DNA of 64,000 nt from Phoronis australis (Eukaryota; Animalia; Phoronida), in assembly GCA_002633005.1 (NCBI GenBank), contig NMRA01000039.1, positions 303,225 to 367,224 on the forward strand. The letters run 5' to 3'. A model generated the notes under the pieces. It saw only the letters and a program-made list of their open reading frames with translations, searched no databases and was not told where the DNA came from. The translations under genes and the position numbers were made by a program. This document shows, piece by piece, positions 42,001-51,000 of the stretch; the stretch's first letter is position 1; every line of letters begins with the position of its first letter.

Positions 42001-45000
42001 TGGCATTAAGATGAGTTCGTTACCATGACAACAGACTAAACAAGACCATCGTGTAATAGCAAGAAGACTGTCTTATTCAAATCGCTCACAGAAGTGTATT
42101 CAACGTGTAACCCCTGAGGTCCCGGAGTTTGCATCACGACCATTTCACGTTATGGGTATAACAAATAAATGAGATAGCTTTCATGACTTCTAAGACGTAG
42201 ACAGTTAAGATTTTGTCTCCTAACATCACAATAACCTGGACAGTCTATCAAATGATGCCTTCGATCCTGGATATATAACTGAGTAGCTGGTCAGTTAGGA
42301 GATAGTAACACTTAACCTACGTCATTCCGTTTATCATGTAAAAGCTGTTCATTGCTTTCTTCACTTCCTAAAACAAGAAGGCAACAAAGTCTAACATTTC
42401 TTCCCTCGTTTACCTCATAAACCAACAAGTGTATAATCTTACTCATCACAACACTTCCCCCAGAGCCTCAGCCACAAGAGGGCATTGTCAGTTAACCAGG
42501 CAACATTCCATAGGCGCAAAATCACGCAAGTCTTCGCAAAACTATGCCACCAGACAATTTATCACAAGCAATGCGTGGGATCAAACTAGCTTTTCTAACA
42601 ATGATGTGCATTTATGCAGCGTAGACCATTTTTGTCAGCCAGGCACACACGTTGTCGTGGTGATTTTACGTTCCAGTGAAAGGTACAGTGAAGTTACTTT
42701 TCTGTATTATTTAGTTTAGTAAAATAGTTGATATTGCCTGCCGTTGAAAACAGATGGCAGTTGTGTTAATCTTAATTCCACACACCTTATCGCCTTTATG
42801 TCCTGGTAGACCTGGCATTCCATTGGTTCCACGTGGTCCGGGATTTCCTGGGGGTCCGGGGGGACCATCTAAACCTGATCGTCCACGATCTCCCTAAAAT
42901 TTCATCAAACAATTAGGCCGTCTCTGTCATTCTCATTATGGTAAAAAAGTAGACAATACAGGGCTTGGAATGAAGAACGATAAAAAGAGGAAAATTTTTC
43001 AGGTGATACATCGTTTCACAAAAAAAGTTTGTGCTTCACAAATAGCTTTGTGTGATAGAAATATTTTACGTGGTGTAAAATTTAACTGAAATAAACATTT
43101 TTGTATGAATAAAGTCAAAATAATGAAAAAGGGACAAAGAACAGAGGAAACTGGAAATCAAATAAGAGGAAATCGAAACCAAAACAGAGGAAATCTTGTT
43201 AAACAAGAGAATTCCAAGCCCTGATAATCCGACACGTATCTTTTTAAAATGGACTACATATGGCATATGGCAAAACCCCAATCTCCTCGGAGCTGCATCT
43301 AAACTGAAATGGTAGAATCTTAGTAAATTTTAGCACATGGAGGGAAGCAATCACTGGTAATGATGCACTCACCATGCTCCATGTTCAAAATGACTCGCCA
43401 CAAATGTGTAATATGTTGCATGCTGACACATTTTTACTTACGTGCAGTCCAGGGGGTCCTGGTGGACCCTGTGCCCCTGGCGGTCCGGGCGGTCCCTGGA
43501 AAAAGGAGAGTAGAGTATATACTTAGATTAGACATGGGTATGCATGACATACTGGGTAACATCAAACTGATAAATATTGCGTTTGTATTCAGTAATCGAA
43601 TTGTGATGCTGAAAAAATTGATTTCCATAACGATACGCCAAGACCCATTTGGATTTGATTCTTATTTCCAATTTTCGCTGTTATCGGTAGCTTTCTTGCA
43701 AACTTACAGCTTATTTTTATATTTTTGTATTCTATTGATGTTGAACAGCTCAGGATTGTTCATTAGTTGGAATTGAAATATTGAACAACTTTGCTGCTAA
43801 TATTGGTTCAAGTGGGAAGTTAGGTACTTACATTTGAGAAAAAGTTTAATTGACTTGACAAACAAGAATCGAATCAAAAATAATCGAATTCCATCTAAAA
43901 GGATTCGAATCGAATTCCAGAAAATGTGTATTGTCCCATCTCTAAGAAACATACATTGATATGTGGGTGGAATGATAAAAACCAAATGAATGTGGGTCTC
44001 TGTCACAATTGAGATTTCAAACAATTTAATACTAATAAAGAAAATAAACAATGCTCACATTCGCACCAGATTCTCCGGGAGCACCTGGGAAACCTTGAGG
44101 GCCCTGAAAGAGAGAGAACAAGCGCCTTGTAATACAATTCATGAATACTTCCATTAGACAACAGATTCCTATATTTCTTGAAAAAATTATCAGGATAGTT
44201 TGGCTTTCTATTGTCTGTAGCGTTGTAGTAGATTACAGGGGTCCTGCATTTTGAGAACCAGTTTCCTGCACTGAATAACGGGCATCAAACTGGTTCTGTA
44301 GAGCGCAGCCATTACTATGGAATGTGGGATGTGAATGTGAGAACTTCAATTCTTGTGTGTTTGCTAAGCAGTATTCATAAATGTGTGGAATGCTAATAGT
44401 GTCTAATTTATCTGAAACGAGCCTAATGGTTGAGTTAACAAGAGTATGGATATTTTTCTTAAAAAAATTGCTATTACATTTAAACTTGTCATATTAACAT
44501 ATTTATGTATGAGAGACTGGCAGTTGTCAAAAATAGTAGTCCCCGATTCATGTTGACAACTAGAAAATCACTGATAATGGGTCTGTTGTTCAATAGATGA
44601 AACTGGTTCACTTAATCAGGAATGGCTGTAGTTGACCAATGCCTGATGGACTTGTCAACCATGCCCCCTGCCAAACACGTGGTATTTAACAGAGCTTACC
44701 GGTATTCCTGTTGGTCCTTGAAAACCCCGTGGACCTGCTGGTCCTGGTTGCACAATAGCAGAAGGTCGCTGCAAAACATATTACAACCAGTGAGTACGAG
44801 CTCAGAGTAAGTAGATGGAAAAATTTGCTTTAAAATGAACACGAAACTTACAATCCACATCACAAAACCGCTTTAATAGCACTCACCAATCTAGCTTGGC
44901 ATGGTAAAAAGCTGTGAGAATCGTCATGCTAACTCCCGCAAATCAGCTTTCTTAGACGTATAGTTTACTTAATACTCAAGAGTCTACTTAGGCTTGATAC

Positions 45001-48000
45001 AAATCTGTGCAAGTACCATAGGCATCATGGGACATCACCATACTCTTACAAATTAGCTTTCTTGGACCATATGCCTATGACTATACTCAGTGCTGATCAG
45101 CTTAGTGAGAGTTGGTAAAAAGCTGTGTAAATACCATAGGTGACATTAGATGTTGCCATATACTCCCACAAACCAGCTTCCTTTGAGTCAGTCCTATGAT
45201 CCTGGCTTATGACTTATACTCAGTAGTCAGTACTCATCAGTCTAGCTAGACAATGCCACCATGTCTGCTAAGTAGTGTGTATAGTCTCTTAACTGATAAG
45301 TATAGAGACGGATGCAGTGTTTAGCCATACTTAGTACAAAGCTGTACAAATACATGTACTATACTCATAGGCACACATCAGCCAAACCATCAGCTCTGTG
45401 TCAGCTGTTCTGGCCAAGTTGAGACAGTAAGTGTCTATATCAGCTCTTGCCTCAAAACTGTTTCAGATTCATGGTTGGATTACTGTGTACAGTACAGGGC
45501 AGAGAGGTCCACGATTGTGCTGCTGCTTCTTGGCATGGTTTGCAGCTTCGCTGGACCAGTCAAACTAGCTCACATGATAGAGGTGCATCTCCCACCCCAT
45601 ACCGAAATATCAAAATGTACATCTCTTTTAGCTAGCAAAAGTTAACAAAATAAAATCTGATATAAAATTAGTGTCATTCAATTCTACATTCTTCCTTATG
45701 CTGTAAACATCCCCTTTGAACGAGAAAATGGGTGGATTTGGAGAAATCTTTTAAACTCCTCCAATGTGTCCCAAAGCTGGACCAGTTCTAGCCACAGTCC
45801 ATTCCCAATAGGGTTTTCAATGGAGTAACTCTATTCACTAGGTCACATAGGGCAATTACTGTTTCTTACCAGATCATATCTGAATAGAGGGCTTGAAAGC
45901 ATGATCCGGCCCTATTTCTCTGTTTTCTTTTGGGGACATGAAAACTGATGGAAACTATAAAAAATTCTGGTTTCTTTTGGGGACATGAAAACTGATGGAA
46001 AAATTAAAGTACGTGCGCTCTCTCAAAATTGATCAAATAACAGCTGCCGTTTTGTCAACAAAAAACCAATTACGCCATCAGCTATACTTTGGAAAGTAGG
46101 CCTAGTTCTAGTTCCAGCATGGCGTAGTTGTTATATGTCTGAATATGTCCATAACGTAACAGTACCAGTAGGTAGTAGGCCGTAGGCCTGCCATCTGCAC
46201 TAACTAATAACTCACAACAGAACCTGTGCCTGAAAGAATGTGGATAAAACTGGTCCTGATCTAGCTGGGTCCTTTAAAGAGATGTTCACGACATGTTGAG
46301 TAAACTACCTTGGTTACCGGCGCGAAAACAATGGCGTTAGGGTGTTATTTTGCTGTTGAATTTGTGGAGTGATCATGTGTATCACCTAGACACTGCATCC
46401 CCTTCTGCGCCATAGATTAGAGCGTCATCTATTGGCTAATTTCTGTTTTCGCCGCTTAGATCCACAGTTTCTTGCGCATGCACTTTCACAGCAAATTACC
46501 AGAAGTGGTCGGACTTCGTTATAGTGCTTCTGAGTACTTCATTTACTGGCTAACAAAAATTCTCGGAGAATTGTGCTTCAGGTGTAGTTGTCACCATCTC
46601 CCAAAAGATGTCACCGCTTACCACTAGCCAAACTGCGCGGGAAAGCGCTTGGTCACGACTCATGACTGCTCAAAAGGGCAACGAACGACTCTAGATCAGG
46701 CCGTGCAACGATCATGACACTATTGCGAATGTCACGTCCATATGTCATTAACACCGATGCTGCCCAACAGGCTAGATGTACTCCAAGTCGAAAGTCATTA
46801 TAATGTGTATGTCCAGTGCTGTAGTGGGGCTTAAAGGCGCACGTAAGGCGCAGCCAACCACCTTTTGGCATTTGAACATAACGCCTACGCCGCACCGTAA
46901 GTTACGTTCAGTTCTCAAAAGTGATACGTTTGGGCTTTGGGCGCTTATACTTACCTCTAATTTTACCAGTTAGGCAGAGACTATGAAATGCACAGGATCA
47001 CGGTCAATTCTAGTCAAAATCTGATCAACTGGCTATGGCCCCTCCGTCGAATGTGGCGTCCTACCTGGACGACCAGGGATTAACAAATCACGTTTAACTT
47101 CAAGAATGTCACTAACACATGGGTGACTGAAGACGCTTCAAGTGGCTATCCAGTCAATGATCGGTTTCAACATCATGGTTACAAGTGACTTAGGCTTCTT
47201 TTCTTCGGTTGGGCCTTATGAATATGGTCTTCAAATAGTATGTCGTTGGTGCTTGGAAAGGACTGAACACTGAGACAAGCCAACTAGGACATAATTGACT
47301 CATCAGTGTCACGGTAACAGGTCTCCAGCAATAAAGAACTGTCACAGCAAGAATGGTCTCGCCGGTGTGAGCTGGCGAACTGCCGCTTGCGGCCGGTACG
47401 TGTAGAGCCAAGTTTAAGCCCTGTGGAGCACATTTCTCGGTACATTTTTTTCATTTTGCCTAGTCGCTCCACAGAATTGAGTGGCCTGGCCCTGCTAATT
47501 TACAGGGGCGGGTCCAGGATTTTGAGTTGGGGGGCAGGGCAAAGTCCCGAACTGCCAGATGGAATCCGGGAGACTAGATTTTAGGGGGCATAGCCACCTT
47601 GACCCCCCCCTCAACTTGAAATCTGCCTCTGTTTTGCACCTCTCTCTGCATGCCACTGAAGATAATAATGACTTCCCGCTGCCCGGCGTTCCAGCCGCTC
47701 AAACGTGCCTTTCATAGTGCTCATGACAATCAAGGCAAATTGACACCCTTTAAATTAAAATGTTTCAAAACTAAACTGAGGATGTTACCACATGTTGCCT
47801 AATGGCTAAAGACTAGCTTATTCAAATGTAACGGTCAGGTAATTGCCTGTTCACTTTAGTAGGGCTCTCAGTGGAGTCGGCTCCAAGATCACGACGGTCC
47901 CGTTGCGTTGTGGACTGTGCCTGGCCCGTCTGTCTTCGCAATTAAAGGTAAGCTGTCACCGTCTCATTATTGTTTCCCCTATTTCAGAAATTTGCCCTAA

Positions 48001-51000
48001 TTCACATATAGAACCTGCAGAAGATACGCTTGCACACCTTGGTCGCATCGGGTTTAGATCAGAAGACTGAGAAGGAAGCGATGAGGCCAAAAGGATAATC
48101 TCTAGACTGCCAATGAAAATCCAGAGACGATCCTTTAGACTCACCGCGACCTCTATTGACCAAATTCCAGTTGCCATGCTGTTCAGTGTTGCTGAAGTAT
48201 TTTCAAAACTGGACGGCCTTCTTTACTTTTCCCTTTGGTCGAAATATTGTTGAGAGCTACAGAACCTGTGCAAGGGTTTGCGACCTATGATCTTACCTGT
48301 ATTGGTGCTAATGGCTGAGCTTTTATCTGTTGTTGTCTTTGCGGAATATCATATATATTTACATTCTGTGAAAGGAAAAAGGTAGTCGTTATAAACTGTA
48401 AAACTTCCCTGTGACCAAAAAGTCCAACTTGCAAGTTATTCTCCGTTTGCGAGTCTAGGGAATGGTCTAAACATTTAAGGTGTTACATAAATAATCCACA
48501 TTTCAATATTTTAAGTTTTAAAATTCATTTTACTTCCACAGTGTTGACTAACGCCGCCAACTGAATCTTATCTTATTTGTCTACGCTGAACTCGGGTGAT
48601 TTTGCGTCACAAGCAAATATGTCGGTCAAATCAATCTGGCCGCCGTGAGAACATTTTGGATGAAAGTGCGGTATGTGAAGGAAACAATTTTGTTATCCGA
48701 ATAATTCTGTAAACGAGGACGAAGATGAAGAGCGCAGACCCGATCATCAGAACTCGAAGTTAATGCACTGCGATTGATCAGCTAGACTTCCGAAAACTAA
48801 AAACGCCATGTAGTTCACTTTGCCAATGTACCTCGCGTTTTAGAAATGTAACGGTTTTATTGGAGTTAATAGCTAATGAAAATAACGCAGCCCAATTATT
48901 TTTAAATATTAAACTTCGACATTCACTTCATGTACATCCAGTGAGAGTGTAATTACTGAGAAGCGTGTGCGAAACCCCTAAGTTAATGAGACTTTTTGTA
49001 TTGTAATAGTGAGCTTTCAGTTTTTGCGTTAGTCAGATTGAGAAGAATGAAAAATCGAATTAAGACGCCGAGTCAACGCTCTCGTGTTCGTTTACACCGC
49101 TGTCATAGACGACAATCAGAAACAATCGATATCTCTTACTTGATTTACAACTATTTTGGAGCACGTTTTTACTTCTGCGTGTTTTTTACACGAATTTGTG
49201 AACAATATTTAGAATTTTCTTTGCATTCAGCGATTCATCTGTTAAAGCATTAACTGAAAACTGAAAACACGTCGCATCGAACAATTTATATTACCCGATG
49301 TGCGCCTAAATTGAGTCCAATCAATATCGTGGACGTATACGTATTCGCGATTACACCCACCGTAGCACGTTCACAACGACCCGGGCGTGGCTAACAACTT
49401 TTTCGAACACAACAGTTAGGCGAATCGTGTAATCAGAATCTGCCTATCTTGACCACCGCTACTGACTCCGCTCCACCAGACTAAACAGCCAACAAATCGC
49501 GCGGTCGCGAGCAGAGAGACATGTTTAATTACCCTAATAAAACCTCGAGGCTGCTAGAATGTGGTTTTCTTGTCACCTTCAGCACGGGAAGTCGTATAAA
49601 AAATGGAGACAACAGTATCACTTTTTAAAAAGTCAATTTAGAGGTTTGTTTGGGAAAATCACCACCTACGTACTTCTGTCTGGGTCGTGAAACGCGAAAC
49701 GAAATGTTAACTAGCACACAAATGGTATTATAAAAGCATTTTATTTAGTTGCTCGTAGTTCCGTTGGACAATTCAGCGAGGGTTTTACGTCAAAATCGTC
49801 AAATAAGCTATTCGAATTCAATCTAAGTAACGCATTCTGTTTTATGCCTACGTTCCACGGAACGGGCTGAAACGAGTTTCATTCAGTTCTAATTAAAAGC
49901 TTTCGAGTCTAAAATTATCCTTCTCCAGATCGATGTCAAGAAAAGTTATCAAGGAAGTGATCGCTCACGTGATGCAAAAACAACGTGGTGTCCATAATTT
50001 CAATTATGGCAAGGAAAGCTGAAGTTCATTAAAACGTTAGAGTAATAACCAACCGCTTGGATTAAAACTTGAAATAATGCCTACAACATGAGAAGTAACC
50101 AAGTTTAAGTTTCAATGGCATATTAGCTACATGGATCAAGTTTTCAATTAGAATTCAGTCGGTTACGTTTTACTTACTTTTTCCCAGGCAGGGTTGGCTG
50201 CAAAATAATTGAATACATTAATTAGTGTCACGAAGATAAGGACCGTACAGACGGTTACAGTCGTAAAATGATCAATGCTGCGAACCCGCACACAAATCTA
50301 CTCTCTATGATGTCTGACGTTGTATAAACTGAAAACTTAAGCCCCTGATTTGCTTTTCAAGCGCTCTTACTGCTAGAAAGACAATTGTGAGAAATTGAAG
50401 ATCGACTGGGGACCGTGGTCACGGCCCATAGGCGCATTTGATTTAAGTAAACCCCGGAGGGATATGGAAAACACCGTCGGCATGCCGTTACAGAACAGTG
50501 GCACGGACACGTTTTCCTTGGCAGCTTAAACCGTGCCCCCTCTCCCCTCCCCCGTTTTGAGGCATCGTAGATCTGCCAGTGCGGCACTATGTTTATGTAC
50601 ATGTAGTTTAGTTTATGTTTAGATTCTGCTTGAACACTCGATCAATCTTCAGTTGAGTTATAGTGAATCGTTGGCCTACACCTATTTTAAACTTTCCAAA
50701 ATTGCATTAGTGAATCGCCGTGTGAATACAGATATTTTAACTTCAAAAGAACAGTCAACGAGACGGCACATTTGTGAAAATCAAAGCACGCTGCATGCGT
50801 ATTTCAATTTTGGCAGAATGCACTGGAGGAATTTTTGGATGGCTGTTGTAAGGGACACGAGACGGCGTCACTTTTGAACCAGCGCCACCTGTGCTATCAC
50901 GGCGGCGATGACTCCGGCGACCTCAGTCGTGTGTTGACCTGGTCGCGCCAATGCCATGTGTTAGAACATTTAACCGAAGTAACACTATTCTGATGTGGTC

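Noticed and set aside
19327-43776. Plus-strand Pro-rich ORFs (for example [17 protein letters not shown])
   Set aside because: They are antisense shadows of the Gly-X-Y exons.
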